Shown here: one piece after another, positions 36,364-50,018 of the stretch
Layout: every line of letters begins with the position of its first letter
Numbering within the stretch: position 1 is the first letter of the stretch
DNA from: Phoronis australis
Lineage: Eukaryota; Animalia; Phoronida
NCBI GenBank assembly: GCA_002633005.1
Contig: NMRA01000008.1
Span: 1,259,080-1,323,079 of the forward strand
Reading direction: 5' to 3'
DNA: 64,000 nucleotides
Program-made: the position numbers and the translations under genes
The notes under the pieces: model-generated
Told to the model about the DNA's origin: nothing
What the model saw: the letters and a program-made list of their open reading frames with translations, nothing else
Databases searched by the model: none

Positions 36364-36387
36364 TTTATTTATTTATTTATTTATTTT
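36364..36387 (+). promoter_or_regulatory. Class-II-type AU-rich element in the gene A 3' UTR
   Basis: Overlapping ATTTA pentamers (TTATTTATTTATTTATTTATT), with a matching tract in gene B. Confidence 0.65.
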
Positions 36388-36597
36388 TTTATTTGGATAA
36401 GTTGTTTAAGTAGCTGAATACCGCATTTTACTTAAAATTTCTAAGTTTCCCACAATATGTTTTTGGGTTTTCAATATGGTTAGTTAGGGTTCCAACTGTC
36501 TATATCATGGAATATTAACTTAACATTCCTATGCAGAGTGTAAATATATAACTTGCCTGTACTGAAAGCATTCCTTTGTAATTCGTGGTTGTGGTGT

Positions 36598-36603
36598 AAT
36601 AAA
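36598..36603 (+). promoter_or_regulatory. Probable polyA signal of gene A
   Basis: AATAAA lies in a block (aataaa..tataaa.ctgacttt.attt) conserved with gene B 58694-58724. Earlier AATAAA hexamers also exist. Confidence 0.55.
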
Positions 36604-37941
36604 TTATTAATATAAAACTGACTTTTATTTCATTAAATTCTATACATAACGAATTATTAACGTCAGCGGCAAAAGTGAAAAACACGAAGAAAAATGAAAT
36701 CAAACACTTTCACAATGGTCTGGTATTGTGGTTCTTATTGATTGATCTTTGCATCTGTTCACTTGAGCCGTCCGGGTCTCGGTGATTCATTTCAACCAAT
36801 GGCGTTTTGGGGATGAAGTTGCTGTAACAACATTAGGCCTACTGTTGAGTGTAGCGTTGTACAATCTGTGTTCTTAGAAATTTTCAAAATAGTTTGATCT
36901 GAAGTGATAGATCTCCTTTCGCATTTTAGAGAAGAAGAATGAAGATTTTTCAGTTTTCTCTTGAAATATTGGTAACGGCAAACAATTCGCTTGCGATTCT
37001 ATCGTCATTCATCTGTTCCATAGGCGAGCAATATTTTCATGTTGTTTACTTTTTATCGTCGGCCGTCCGGTATCGCCATAGAAAACTGCGTAATGTGGTG
37101 AAGAGCTACAGCTTTGTGTGTAGGCCTCACCCGCAGGCCCGTACCCAGCATTGCGCGGGAGTGGTTCGAATTTCTAAAACGGTGGACCTTAGACATTTTG
37201 CAAACGTCGGCACTAGAGTTCTCGGTTAGGCCCTTGACGCAGCTTAATTAGGGGGTTCCATGCTTTGCGTTCCTGAGATAAGACGAAATTTATAATACTA
37301 GAAATCAAGATTGCCGTAACGGTTGCTCGCAAAGAACTAAACGCAAATTCAGATGTAACGTGGCTCAGAGTGTATCGCGTGCCGTAGCGGTGGAAGTGTA
37401 GCGCGTAAATTTACGAGCGAGACTTCGCTCGTATTTTACGACCGAAATCGTTATATCCAATGAAAAATTGGTTTGTCGGTTACGTGAGCTCTGAAGCAGT
37501 TGTGCGCTCGTAATATGTTTCGCTCGTACTTTTACGTTCGTAATTTTACGCTCGTATTTTTCGCATGTTATTAAGTATTCAGAAGGTAAAATCTCAGGTG
37601 CAAAGTCCAAAAGGTTGAAAATATCAAAGACTGACTGAAATGTTTTTACATCAGTTGCTCCCCTAACCATCCCAGACACTTGAAAGTGCTCCGTTTTAGT
37701 ACATAATGATGTATCAAATGTCTGACAATGCTTCGATATTATTTTGTTAAAATAACTATGCTTTATCGTTTATTTCGACAACATCTCATTCTCTTACTCT
37801 TAACATTGCGTGCAAATGACATATGACGTTGCAAAAAACATTGGTTCCAAACGGTTTGAGGGGTTTATTTAATAGAATTTCTAAATGTTGCTGGTAAATC
37901 ACTCACTCTTTATTCAAGACATTTGAATAAGAAACCATATG

Positions 37942-38229
37942 CCGTGGCAGATCTAGGATACCATATGGGCGGGGGGGGCAAAATGTTGCCTCGGGGAATT
38001 GGGCAACTCGTGGTTGTATGTGTACAGGCGTCTCGAAAGTTGCGGGGGCCAGGAGTATGAACCTTCTGTTCGTAAAATCTGTCGACTAAAATAAAAACGG
38101 GAACGCGATCCCGACGCGAACTGGGGTCTGAGCCCCCCACCCCCCTCCTCCGCTACCGGGCCTTGTTATATTTCCTCACGCTTCTTGCTGCTGCTGTTGC
38201 TGTTTCATTTTGCTTGCGGCAGCCAAGGG
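37942..38229 (-). mobile_element. Third copy of the GGCGGAT MITE family, running into the gap
   Basis: Reverse complement of the 29297-29623 element (gtggcagatctaggataccata...tgtttcattttgcttgcggcagccaaggg). Confidence 0.85.
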
Positions 38230-38808
38230 NNNNNNNNNNNNNNNNNNNNNNNNNNNNNNNNNNNNNNNNNNNNNNNNNNNNNNNNNNNNNNNNNNNNNNN
38301 NNNNNNNNNNNNNNNNNNNNNNNNNNNNNNNNNNNNNNNNNNNNNNNNNNNNNNNNNNNNNNNNNNNNNNNNNNNNNNNNNNNNNNNNNNNNNNNNNNNN
38401 NNNNNNNNNNNNNNNNNNNNNNNNNNNNNNNNNNNNNNNNNNNNNNNNNNNNNNNNNNNNNNNNNNNNNNNNNNNNNNNNNNNNNNNNNNNNNNNNNNNN
38501 NNNNNNNNNNNNNNNNNNNNNNNNNNNNNNNNNNNNNNNNNNNNNNNNNNNNNNNNNNNNNNNNNNNNNNNNNNNNNNNNNNNNNNNNNNNNNNNNNNNN
38601 NNNNNNNNNNNNNNNNNNNNNNNNNNNNNNNNNNNNNNNNNNNNNNNNNNNNNNNNNNNNNNNNNNNNNNNNNNNNNNNNNNNNNNNNNNNNNNNNNNNN
38701 NNNNNNNNNNNNNNNNNNNNNNNNNNNNNNNNNNNNNNNNNNNNNNNNNNNNNNNNNNNNNNNNNNNNNNNNNNNNNNNNNNNNNNNNNNNNNNNNNNNN
38801 NNNNNNNN
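38230..38808. other. Assembly gap (579 N)
   Basis: Run of N. Confidence 1.
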
Positions 38809-39232
38809 AATAACTATTCAACTAGTGCACATTCTTTAAATGGTTACTAAATGGACACAAATACAAAACTTTATTTATGTCAGTTCCGACTAATTAACAG
38901 ACAATCAGAGTAATGAACTGTCGGAATTCTGGTTTCAGAATTCGAAGTAAGGAACTTTCGAAGGTAATGAACCTTCGGAGACGTGAATCTTGGAAACATA
39001 CTCATTTTTATTGTTCGTATAAAATCTGCGAGGCTGTGCACCGTCGACACTGATTGACAAGAGAAGACTTTCGTCATTGACCAAAGTTCCTATTAGGCCT
39101 AGGGTTACTTTTCCCTTATAGTGTGAACATGCCTGTAGGAGATTTCTCAATGCAAGAAGTCACGGTAATTAAATGTCTGGTTTTTGAGCAACGACGGAGG
39201 ACTGACAATATTGAACTTACCATCGACGATTA

Positions 39233-39389
39233 CTGGTGTGCGTTCAGTAGTCGTTAGGACCTACGCTAGGACCTGGCTAAAACCTAGTCAATGTCACGTG
39301 TTCTCATTTAAAATGCACGGCAATATCTCACGTAATCTCGCTAAGTCTTGCTTTTTAGCGAGGTCCTAGCGTTACTGAACGGGAGGCTG
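39233..39389 (-). mobile_element. MITE, inverted copy of 24212-24367
   Basis: Direct comparison of the two sequences. Confidence 0.8.
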
Positions 39390-42331
39390 AATTTAAAAGA
39401 ACGGAAACACATACACGCATGCGTTTCAATCCACCGATCCACAATCAAAATGGACACTAGATGAACAAAATATTTGACGATCACTTTCAATTCGAAATTT
39501 GAAAATGTCTGCACTTTATCGAGCTATGCTATCAAGTGTACCAAAATAGCAGACGACCAACATATTTTCTGCTGTTTGTTTTTTGATCGATTTTAAGGCA
39601 AAGGTCATTCAAGATCAAGGTCACTTGATTATTTCCCAATCGCTGTTACTTTCCTCCAAAAAAGGATTCTGAGTTTGGAAATTAGACGCTGGGCTCAGGC
39701 CTGACTGTCAGTTTTACGCTCGTCCTTGGCCGCAATCTTGCACTAGCGGGGTATGAGAAGAGTTAGTGGTATTGCGTCATAATTAGACCGGCAGTAAAAG
39801 GCCGCCTTGGCATAGATGAACGAGATACCATCATCTGACCATAACAGCACTTACAGTCCACCTCAGTATATACAGAAATGTACGTTTGCCGTTGTCTAGA
39901 CTCTGGATGTGACCCCTGGGGACCTTACAAAGGGGACAAAAACGAGCTGATTACATATTCGAGGTACCGGCCAAAACTGATTTAAAACGGACAATAGTAC
40001 CGCACTGAACATCAAAATACACATGACAGAAAAACTGCACTGATACTGGAATGGGTCCGGCAGAAACCAAGAATGGACCCCAAAATGAGCGAGCTCATAC
40101 ATTCGAGGAACCACAAAAATCAATTCCATGTGATTCAATACATGCCACTGATCACTAAATGCCCCATGACAGACAAAATACACTCTGGGTTGTGCACTTC
40201 ACTGAGAAATCCTCAAAAATGTCAACAACGGTAAGCCATTGGAAATTTGAGCTATATATTGGATATACGAGATACTGAGCTAAATCTGATTTAAAACGAA
40301 CAATGGTACCTCACTGGACACCGAATGACCCATGCAGTCTGGAAAGCGTCCGCCAGAAAACCAAAAAGACCCCCCCCCCCCAAATGAGCTAGCTCATACA
40401 TTCGAGATACCACAAAACAATTCCATGTGATTCAATACATGTCACTGGTCACCAAATGACCTATGACAGATAAATTACCCTCTGGGATGCCAGTGCCTGC
40501 TAGAAATCCCCAAAATTCTCAACTACGGTATGCCATCGAACGTTTGAGCTACATTAGACAATTGAGGTACCCTCTAAAATTGACTTAAAACCAACAAACG
40601 TTCCGCATTGAACACCGAATGCCACGGCAAACCAAATGTCCTCTGGAAAAGGTTCACCAGAAGCTCAAAGGAGCTAGCTCATATATTCGAGGTACCACAA
40701 TAAACAATTCCATGTAATTCCAATAGATGTTACTGGTTACTAAAGGGCCTGTGAAAGACAAAACCCAATCTGGTTTGTGTGCGCCAGCCCCAGAAATCTC
40801 AACCACGTAATTCTGTTGCAAACGTGTGATACATTTGATGATAAAGGTTCCTGTTAAATTTTGGTGAAGTTCCATAGAATCAAGAACTTCGATAAGGAAG
40901 GTATTGTGATCACGTGCTTCGTTTGCAGTTATGGCGAATTCTTGTATTTCCGTAATACTTTCGCGTCCACCGATCTCTCGCCTTGCTTAAAATTAATAAC
41001 AGCGTTAAACTGAGTTCCAAGAAGTTGATGGCGGAAAGTAATTTGGAAAATACCTGATAACACTAAAACTTTGGGATACCAGGAACTGTCACTTTCAAAC
41101 AGCAACCCAAAAACTTAAAACAAGATAAAAGACACATTAAAATCACTGCATGGACGAGAACATTAGGTATACACATGTTTACACGTCAATAATAGTTTCT
41201 TGTTAGATTTTATGTTTCACTATCAGATTCGTCACTGCTTCTCCAACTTGATTCGGGCTCGCTTGTTTCGTCATCAGTCCATTTCATTTCCTTCTTGATC
41301 GGCTTGTTTTCTTGAAAAGACCCGCACCTTCAAAAAGGACGACAGGAACGGCAGGTCCACAAAACCATTGGAGAGTATAATATCTATAATGTAGCTTCCA
41401 TCAGTAGTTGAAAGTATTCCAAACGTTTCCTAAGACCATCGCAACATAATGGGCTCATTTAGCTTGTTCAGTAGTGTGTTTTGCAAGTAGAAAACAATGC
41501 ACTGTCTATCGTCTTGACGTTGGACATCGGGTTTTCTGGAAATAAATAGTGAGAAAACTTAATTGATGAGGAACCAACTGTCTAACAGTGGAAAAAACCT
41601 AGAGCCAGAACATCACTTACTGTCCTTTAAGCATCATCTGAGACTGGACCTTTTGGTTTAATACGACGGAAGCGTTATTTGAAATTATTTTCATTGCATT
41701 TATCAACTATATTTTACCAATTATGATTATATTTCCGGTCATGTCGATTAATTTCAGATATCTCGCTTCATTATCTTCGACGCCCTCCTTCAATCCAAAC
41801 AGTATGCTTATGAAATTCTTCTAACTTTCTTTTGCCTGGACAAACGTTTGAGTTTACTATGAGGATGTGTTCTACTGTTGTTTTCGTGCTGGGTTCCTAA
41901 AAACGACGTCACCACTTTCCATCGACGAGTATTTTACAACAAGCTAGGTTGTTAGAGAACTCAACTAGGATTTAGGAATCGCTTAGTTTATAGCAGTCTG
42001 AAAATGGCTGGAGTCGGCGACCCATATCACAGACACAGTGTCGTGAGTGACGGAGACATATTGTTCACAGCAGCGGTGAAGAGGAATTTTTCACGAACAG
42101 TCAGTGGGTAGATATAAGCTTGAGCGCGAGTATAATGAGACAGAAAATGCACAGAGACTTGCGGGATGAGGCAGAGACTGATGACACACCTGGTGGGACG
42201 TCTTGCTGCACGGTGTGCACTGTTATAATACAGGCCTATGCTGTTCCCACTGGATGGTGACCTGAGAACGTTGCGTAGACGGGTAACGCTGCTTTCTTCA
42301 CACGAACGAGACAAAGGCGGCAGAGTGTTAC

Positions 42332-42418
42332 CTTTCGGAAAGCTATGTAATGGCTTACCCAAAGTGCGCGTGAGACAATAATAGGTATACACCCCGATAC
42401 GCAGCAGCCGTGCGGCAT
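42332..42418 (-). pseudogene. THAP zinc-finger N-terminal exon relic (MPHGCCVSGC..YCLTRTLGKPLHSFPK, one frameshift)
   Basis: MPxxCCVxGC...LHxFPK is the THAP start motif, followed by the donor-like AAAG|GTAACA. A possible degraded VSVHF lies downstream. Confidence 0.6.
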
Positions 42419-42464
42419 GCTGACTGACCGTAAACAAAGGCAAACGACGACCAGACTTATCACA

Positions 42465-42557
42465 ACCACAGGCACCTTTAATCAGCCCTCGACGACATAC
42501 CGTATAATAAAGAGAGTATCGGTATATCGTCGAGGGCTGATTAAAAGTGCCTGTGGT
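42465..42557. repeat. About 35-bp-arm hairpin just upstream of the THAP ATG
   Basis: accacaggcacctttaatcagccctcgacga / tcgtcgagggctgattaaaagtgcctgtggt. Confidence 0.85.
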
Positions 42558-43507
42558 AAGACAATTACTGTCTTGACAGCTCACACTGTCAGACGATATG
42601 GAAACAAACTGGCAGGAAATTCTTAACACCCAAAACGTCACTTCCGGAGTAAGACACGATTAATTAATAAAATCACGTTATTAACAGACCTGTATACCAC
42701 CAAAACTGCACTGGAGTACTTTGGACTCCAGATTTGCAGATTTTCTTAGTGAATTTGCAGATTATCATTGCGTACAGAGCAAAATTTCGAAAATTCGAAT
42801 AGAAAGGTTTCTTACTGAACTAAATAGTTATGTTGATACATGCCGCAATGGCAATAAATACCGTGAATCGTGATAAGTTGGATACACAACAGACAGGCCT
42901 TGCTTCAAAAGTTGTGCTCGTTTCTAAATAAAAAACATATCTGCTAAAAGGTGTTCATGAATCTACAATAGATAATGTTTTGCACTAGACGTCATGTTCT
43001 TAACCATTCACAAAAGTTTAGAATAATTATTCATTCCAAGTGTCTGTGAACACGTACCGCCGCACTACCTGTGAAAAATCTAGAGTGTTACCGTCGGCTC
43101 AACGTGCCACGAAGTCAGTGCAGTCACCATGCGCGCACAAGAAAACAACACGCTCCACAAGTTGCATTATAAATTCGAATGTCCCTTCCATGAGACACTG
43201 TCATTCATTGAAATAACGAAGTAAAAACAGATGTTCCCTTCCTTCAGAAGCTACTTTCTTCACAGCTCGGAGTTGGCGGACACTCATACTTTGCCATTTT
43301 ATCAACAGAACCCAATTAGGCGGAAATAGCCGAAATTACGGAAGGAAATTTCAGTGGGCCTAAATGAAAAGTTTAGGCCCTAAAAACATGTAATGTTTGT
43401 TATTCTGTAGTATTTACCTATAACTACAATAATCTTAGTTCCCGTGAAATAAAGTTTTGAAAAATGAAAAGTCCACCTTGTAAAAGATCCTAAGCCAGTG
43501 CTTCGTG

Positions 43508-44103
43508 CTCGCTGGTTCCCTGCCTGCTTAGCCCAGCCAGCACGCAGGTATCACGTAGCGGCACGTGCTTTAGCATTGGTCGATGTAACCACGGCAGTCA
43601 TTGGTTAGCTTTACAACACCGTGAAAAATGGCGGAGTGTGAACGATTTTTAGCCTTGTCATGCAAGTGAGTGGCGTCGCAGCAACTATTTCGTTTCTGTA
43701 GCGATGTTCAATAGCCGCGTGGTTGAAGCATATACATGTACAATTAACACATATCTGGCCAATTTAACCGGTGTGTTATTCATACTGTATGAATACAGGA
43801 CAGTATCGTAAACAAAAGTCATCGACAGTAGAAAGATGCATTCCGAAAAGGCGCAATCACAATTTCTAGGCTTCACATTTCCTGAACATAAATTTTAAGC
43901 ACCGATTTGTCTGTACAACAGACTGCATTTTACACTTCAGTCTATCAGTCATGCCCGTTTTTTTGCGTAAAGCGCTGTCTGTTGAGAATTCTACTAGCCA
44001 ATCAGAAACGCCGGTGTAAAAAAATTTCCCGAGGAAAATTAAGTGATACCTGCGTGCTGGTGCGGCTACCGCCCCACCTAGTGGCACGCAGGGAACCAGC
44101 GAG
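43508..44103. mobile_element. Non-autonomous DNA transposon, Mutator-like (9-10 bp TSD)
   Basis: TIR CTCGCTGGTTCCCTGC...CCAGCACGCAGGTATCAC at both ends, flanked by GTGCTTCGTG and GTACTTCGTG. Confidence 0.75.
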
Positions 44104-47100
44104 GTACTTCGTGTTACTGACAGCGTACAACGTATAATTATGTCAATTTTCCCGTTCTTTGCAGATTGACCGACTTATTTGAATTTTTTCCGCTATTCCG
44201 CCATCTAGATGTCCTGCTTTTTGACACACGTCCAAACTAACATACTGTCATACACTACTGTGATTTCCCACGCAACATAGCCATATTTTCCCGCTCGACT
44301 TCCTTATCGAAGTTGCTGATTATACGAAACTCCAACAAGATTTAATCGGGATCTTCATTGTTAAATATATCACACATTTTCGACAGTGTGTTTTGGCTGT
44401 CACAAGCCATTTAGTAACCAGTAACATGTACAGTGTATTCGAATCACAGCGAGTTGTTTGTGTGGTACCTCAAATACATGAGTTAACTTCTTTTTTGGGT
44501 GTCGATTTTGAGTTTTTGGCGAATCCTTTCTGAAGGACAATTCGTCTGTCATGGGTCATCCAGTGCTCATTGCGGCACGATTGTTGGTTTATCATGGGGC
44601 ATTTAGTGACCAGTGACATGCACTGAATCACAAGGAATTGTTTTTTGTGTTATCTGGAATGTATGAGCTAGCTCATTTTTGGGTTCAGCGGACCGTTCCA
44701 GAGTTCAATTTGTCTGTCATGAATCATTTGGTGTTCAGAGCAGTACTATAAATCAGTTTAAGCTGGTACCTCGAATATTTAATCAAACACTAATTTTCAG
44801 TGGTATACCGTGGTTGACATTTTTGGGGGTTTCTGGTGGGCACAACCCAGAGTGTATTTTGTCTGTCATGCGGCATTTAGTGGACAGTGACATATATTGA
44901 ATAAAATCGAATTATTTTTCTGTGGTACCTCGAATGTATGAGGTAACTCATTTTTTTTTGGGGGGGGGGCGTTTTTGGTTTCTGCCGGACCCATTCCAGT
45001 ATGCAATTTGTCTGTCATTAGTCATTCGATGTTGAGTGCAGTATTATTGTCCGTTTTTAATCAGTTTAATTGGGCGGTACCTCTAATATCTAATCTAGGT
45101 CATTTTTGACCCCTTTGTGTCCCCAGGGTCACACCCAGAATGCAGATAACGGCAGAAATCCATTTCCGTATATACTGAGGTGGACTCCAAGTGCTCCTAT
45201 GGTCAGATGTTGGTACCTTGCTCATCTATGCTAAGTGCTCTGGGCTGCCGGTCAAAGTGTGCTTTGGAACATCCCTTAGTTTATACAAGTGTGCTGGCTA
45301 CAAATTAGGATTAATATTCGCAAGTTTTATTCGAAATCACCATTTGTCTTTGCCCAAACATACAATTCCAGACATGGTACATGCTTAAAGTTCTAGTTGA
45401 AAGTACGCATCTTGTACAATCATTAGAGAGAAGTGACGGAAATTCTATGTTTTGTTGAAGGTCGTTTACATTCGCCAAGTGGTTTATACTTTGCGGTTGC
45501 TTAAAAACAAATGTGACGTCAGAATCCGGAAGAAATAAAAATTCGAAGTCGTTTAAAAAGACATTCGATTTCTGGAACGAGTAGCAGCAGCCAATCGGAA
45601 GACACGAAGGGTCAATATAATGCTCTAAAATACTGAGTGGCTGCTTGTAAGCCTGTAAGTCCATAATATCCCCAAATCATATAATAACAATAGCTATTCA
45701 CTCGAAAGGGTCCCTGTGTTCAAAGTCTGCCCGTGGATGTCCCCGAACAGGGGATAAGTTAGCCCATCACTGAAACTCGAAGTCCATTATTCCGTAGCCA
45801 GCGCACCTCACAGAATTAATGAGGCGCATGATATTGACTGGACTACGCGCGAGCTCTGGACAACATCCGGCTAAAATTCACAGGCTAAATGTCACATTTC
45901 TTGTCCGATTTTAAAAATTCAAAAACCATACAAAGTCTACTTCTCATGAACGATTCAAGTCTAAAATTAAAAAAATCGCCACCCCCAGTATGTTTATGGT
46001 GGGTCTGATTATCTAAGAACGATAACATCAGCAGATTGATGCAACTTTGAACCACAACAGCATACCTTTGATCCCAACCGGCAATTCTTACGGTAGGCAA
46101 ACCGGTCGAGTTGCCGAATCTCGACCGGTTTCTGCGTCAACGGAAAGGCTTCTTGTTATGTGTTCCAAAGCGCATTTGTTACTACTGTGAAATTTTCTTA
46201 TGGGGAACAAAGTTGACTTCTGGGCAACAATTCTTGTTATTCCTTTCAACTTAGTTTTGTGCCACTAACCCTCTCATACCCTCGCTTCCTACACAAGTAG
46301 ATAAGCCGTCGTGTAAGATTGCGGCACTAAAGCGGATGGACAGGTCTGAGCCCAGCATCTAATTTCTGAAATCATACACACACGAGATACTCGAAACTTC
46401 AAGCTAAAGTCGCCATGTTTAGCCAGGCTAAAAGCGAAAATGGAATTACATCTTTTGCTCTACCATTTTAACTCGGTCACACAACACTCATTATCATGAC
46501 AGTATTTCCTGTTACCAACAAAAATCATGAAACCATCACTGGCTCACTCAAGAGTTTATATGCCAAGCTGGATGTGGTCAACACAAAAATTGCGAAGCCG
46601 AAACCAAATGGCGTATGAACACCGGCACTGCGGAATGTTGTGACGGGTTCTCATGGTTAAAGTATTGGAACCTCAGCGTGTTAATATCCAGCCATTCCCA
46701 TTGTTGAAATGTGGGGAACCCCTTTCAGTTTACTGTTTTGTACATGTAGTATGGCGACCACCTTTGACTTTAATATTTGCAATATATTAAAACGGTCAGT
46801 GATCGAAGTAAGAAAATCAAGGGAACCCCGATCCATTGGCTTACGCCCAAACAATGAGTGCATAAAGCGTGTGCAAGTGGTGGCGATGTGACCGGTATTG
46901 ATGCTGTTACTACTCGGCAAATCTCTGCCCGCCTCATTAGAAGCGCGCTGCAAGGTCCGGATAGCTTTTCTTTGTAGTAAAATAAGATTGATTAATTACA
47001 CCCTGCAAGTTTTATTCAGACAAGGGTGAAAACTACAAAGACAAAAGCCGCAAAGAATTGTTTACATAAATCCTTTTCTCCATGCATGATATACAAAGCT

Positions 47101-48470
47101 GTACGAAACGTGAGCTCAACTCTCCGTCGACGAGGGTGCTCAACTATCCTCCACATTCACATGAGTTAATTGAACCACTCGACAAATATTTCGTAACCAT
47201 AAATGCAGAGCGAGATTTAACTCCAGTTGACCGTAACAATCATCTTCAAGATCCGTTGGCTTCAAGTTATACTCACAGCCCGACGACTATCGGCAATGAA
47301 CGAACAGGTGTCTCAATCCACGCTGGTCTCCCCTCAGTGTACGGTTGTTCACTGGTCCTGGCTGATCTAGTGTAGCGGTGCCGGGATTTCAAAGAAAGTC
47401 CAACTCTGGAACCTCGTATCTTCATTTGGAAAAAAGTCTCATGACGACACTGCAGGATAACGTCACCCGTGGTCATCTCAATCGGGTCGTGGACTTGCCG
47501 TCCTTCATCCTGGCATCGTAGCACTCGATCAGTTATGGAGGCCAAACAGCCTTTCGTCTTGTTTAGGGAAACCAGTGAATTTGGGTAACTTTCAATTGGT
47601 TTCAGTTGTGAGTGAAGCATGCGATCTCTAGTGATAATATCGAAGATTGAACATATAACCTAATTAAAAATGGGTCAAAGGTCGACAGCAGTCATCCCTT
47701 CATGACGTGGAGGAGTATAGTTGAGTGCAGTGTAAAAAGGAGACTTGAGCTCACACTTGCTCCAGTTGTGGTGCAATGATGGAGACAATTAAATGCTCTA
47801 TGGCTGGTGTTTTTATTTTCCGGTACTTTCAAATGTAACCCTATCTGCAACAACTTTAAATAACAGAGCCTTCTGTCAGACATTATGTGACAAAACAAAG
47901 TTCCATTGGATACATTAGGCAACTCGCACGCCAACGCCATTTGCACACGAGTGGACGAGAATGCGCGCATCTTTCACCCACAGTGTCGACACTGGTTTCA
48001 TCATGGTCCGATACATGCGCCATCTGTGGTTTTAATTACTTTGATATTTATTGCGGTGGCTGTTAATCCGGTACAGTGGGAACATTGGCGATTTACTACG
48101 GTTGCTTATCTTAAGTATCTGAGGAAATGTTACCTATTTCTTTATTCCGGTGTGGCCTGTGGGAAACCATCTAAAGGCTTAATTGTTATGATTTAAATGA
48201 ACTGGTCGCTATTCATGGTTTCGCCCAAATGTGTGCTACCCTCTAACACAGTACCAACTATACTGAAAAATGGCATTCTTGAAACATGATGAACAACACA
48301 CGGAATTCCGCGTGTAGGCATCAATGCCATGCCTAGGTTGGAAGTATGTCGATCACATCGCCACTACATCCAAAGGCCTTTAAAGGAGAATGCCACAGAA
48401 AAAAACTATCAATTTAGATCGAGTAGTTCCTCTCGATAACAGCAATTTCAGTTGTTTTACCTGAAACCTG

Positions 48471-48872
48471 AGCCCGGTCTCCAATCTTTTTACTCGAAAT
48501 GGAACTCGAAATTAGGTTTGGCATTTTCTACTCTACTTTTGGGCGAACTCAAGATAAGTCTCTAATATTCTATGCTCGAGTACACAATAACTTACGTAGA
48601 TAATTTATTGCCCTTTGTTCACAGTTTGTAAACCCAATATTAAAGCAATAAGTTCGGCTTTGAACTCGAAATTTCGAGTTTTTACTAGAGTTTGTACCAC
48701 GAATATAAGGGTCTTCAAGGGCAAACTTGACCTAGAAACCTCTATGCATAAACTATAATGTATTCGAGCACAGTCTGATAACCAATTATCTTAAGTTCGC
48801 ACAAAAGGAGCAGAGAAATTGCCAAGAATAGTTTCGAGTTCGTTTCAAGTACAAAGATTAGAGACCGGGCCC
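48471..48872. mobile_element. MITE with about 90-bp TIRs (GCCCGGTCTC.AATCTTT.TACT.GAAA.GAACTCGAAA)
   Basis: Clear inverted ends, with a second partial copy at 24390-24635. Confidence 0.8.
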
Positions 48873-49850
48873 TGACTGCAGACGGACGTGTTGAAATTAA
48901 CCAATGACGTAATCGGTTCGAACGCTGTCTGTTCAGCCGAACACGCTTAGGCTTACTGGTGTCAACTTATCGCTTGAATTCATCGTTTTACACCAATAAA
49001 TCATCAAAATTGGATGTAAAACCTTTACAAATACACCAAGTTCTTGAACAAACGTGTTGTTTTATTTCACTGTTACGGATTTATTTGAACGTACTGTAGC
49101 CTACAGAGTTCTGTAGGCCAATTTACCATGGTCGATCGCGGGAGTTTGGGTCTGTTTGGTGATAAATTCGAATCATTCTTTCGTGAAATACAGACAGGAG
49201 AACACAGCTTGGTGTTGTAATTTTATTCGTATGATTTTTTTCAGTTCTAAACACACAAAACACTTGTTATCCCAGCCAGTGGCTCGGAACTCGATCAGGC
49301 CCGTCGCGGCCGCCGGCGGGATTGCACATCACGAACATAAACCAGCTTAAGTTGGAAACTAAACCTCTAGTCACGAAAAGAAATAATGTGCACGTAATTA
49401 GTTTGGTGAATTAGTCACGAAACTGAAAATCTACATACTCGTCCGGGGCAGCGGAGTCACTGAGGTTCCTCTTCCACAGAACCTTCAAGGCAAAAGTTGT
49501 ACAATAACAATGATTTGAATAATGTATTTGTATATCTAAGTAAAGATTCCCCAAACATGGGACCATAGCATATAAGATCGAGTTATTGTTTCACAACAGC
49601 TTCTGTCAGCAAATACTGAATTAATTAGCATGCGCTCACACGGCCTCGGTGCCCGGTGAATTATCTTTATTGCATCTAAAGACGGTAACGCAGTGTTTCA
49701 CTCATTGCTGGCTTCTCAAAACATTTGCCCTCACGAATACTCCAAAGGCATTACAAATTGTATCTAACGAGACAGACTTTGTTTCAGTTTCATATAGGCG
49801 TAGATTAGGGTGAGAATAATTCATTTCAACACAGAATAATAAACGTCAAC

Positions 49851-50018
49851 ATGGCGACTCGCAATCACGACTCAGGCGAGAGCTCATCCGACGCAGACTT
49901 TACAGGTGGATCGTTAGGTTTTACAGGCTATCAGTTCGAACCGCAATACACTGATCAAGAAATACTAAAGTGGCGCCATTAAAATGCACAGGCAACGGAA
50001 CGTATGGATAGTTCTTTG
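49851..50018 (+). pseudogene. Relic first exon of a P2X7-C-terminus-like (KolX-type) transposon accessory gene
   Basis: MATRNHDSGESSSDADF...GYQFEPQYTDQEI..*..ERMDSS followed by gtaagc. An acidic/Ser N-terminus plus the YxFEP motif is typical of this family. There is an in-frame stop. Confidence 0.5.

Larger units (their letters stand above)
39669..46377. mobile_element. Foldback-like structure: about 1.2-kb inverted arms with internal tandem subrepeats, enclosing a THAP relic
   Basis: 39669-39770 pairs with 46262-46377, and 39805-40905 pairs with 44300-45236. The arms contain repeated units (gagctagctcatacattcgag.taccacaaaa.caattccatgtgattcaatacatg). Confidence 0.6.

Noticed and set aside
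38153-38850. Four ORFs of 200+ aa
   Set aside because: They run through the N gap.
39930-40760. Repeated units separated by variable-looking sequence (CRISPR-like)
   Set aside because: The intervening sequences are themselves homologous, so these are degenerate tandem subrepeats of a transposon-like arm.
41210-41370. Minus-strand WTCRSC and acidic tail (possible PHD-like or transposase C-terminus)
   Set aside because: Too short and frame-broken to support a call.
46680-47700. GC-balanced stretch with several overlapping ORFs, possibly a decayed transposon gene
   Set aside because: No recognisable motif in any frame and multiple stops. It cannot be assigned without a BLASTX search.
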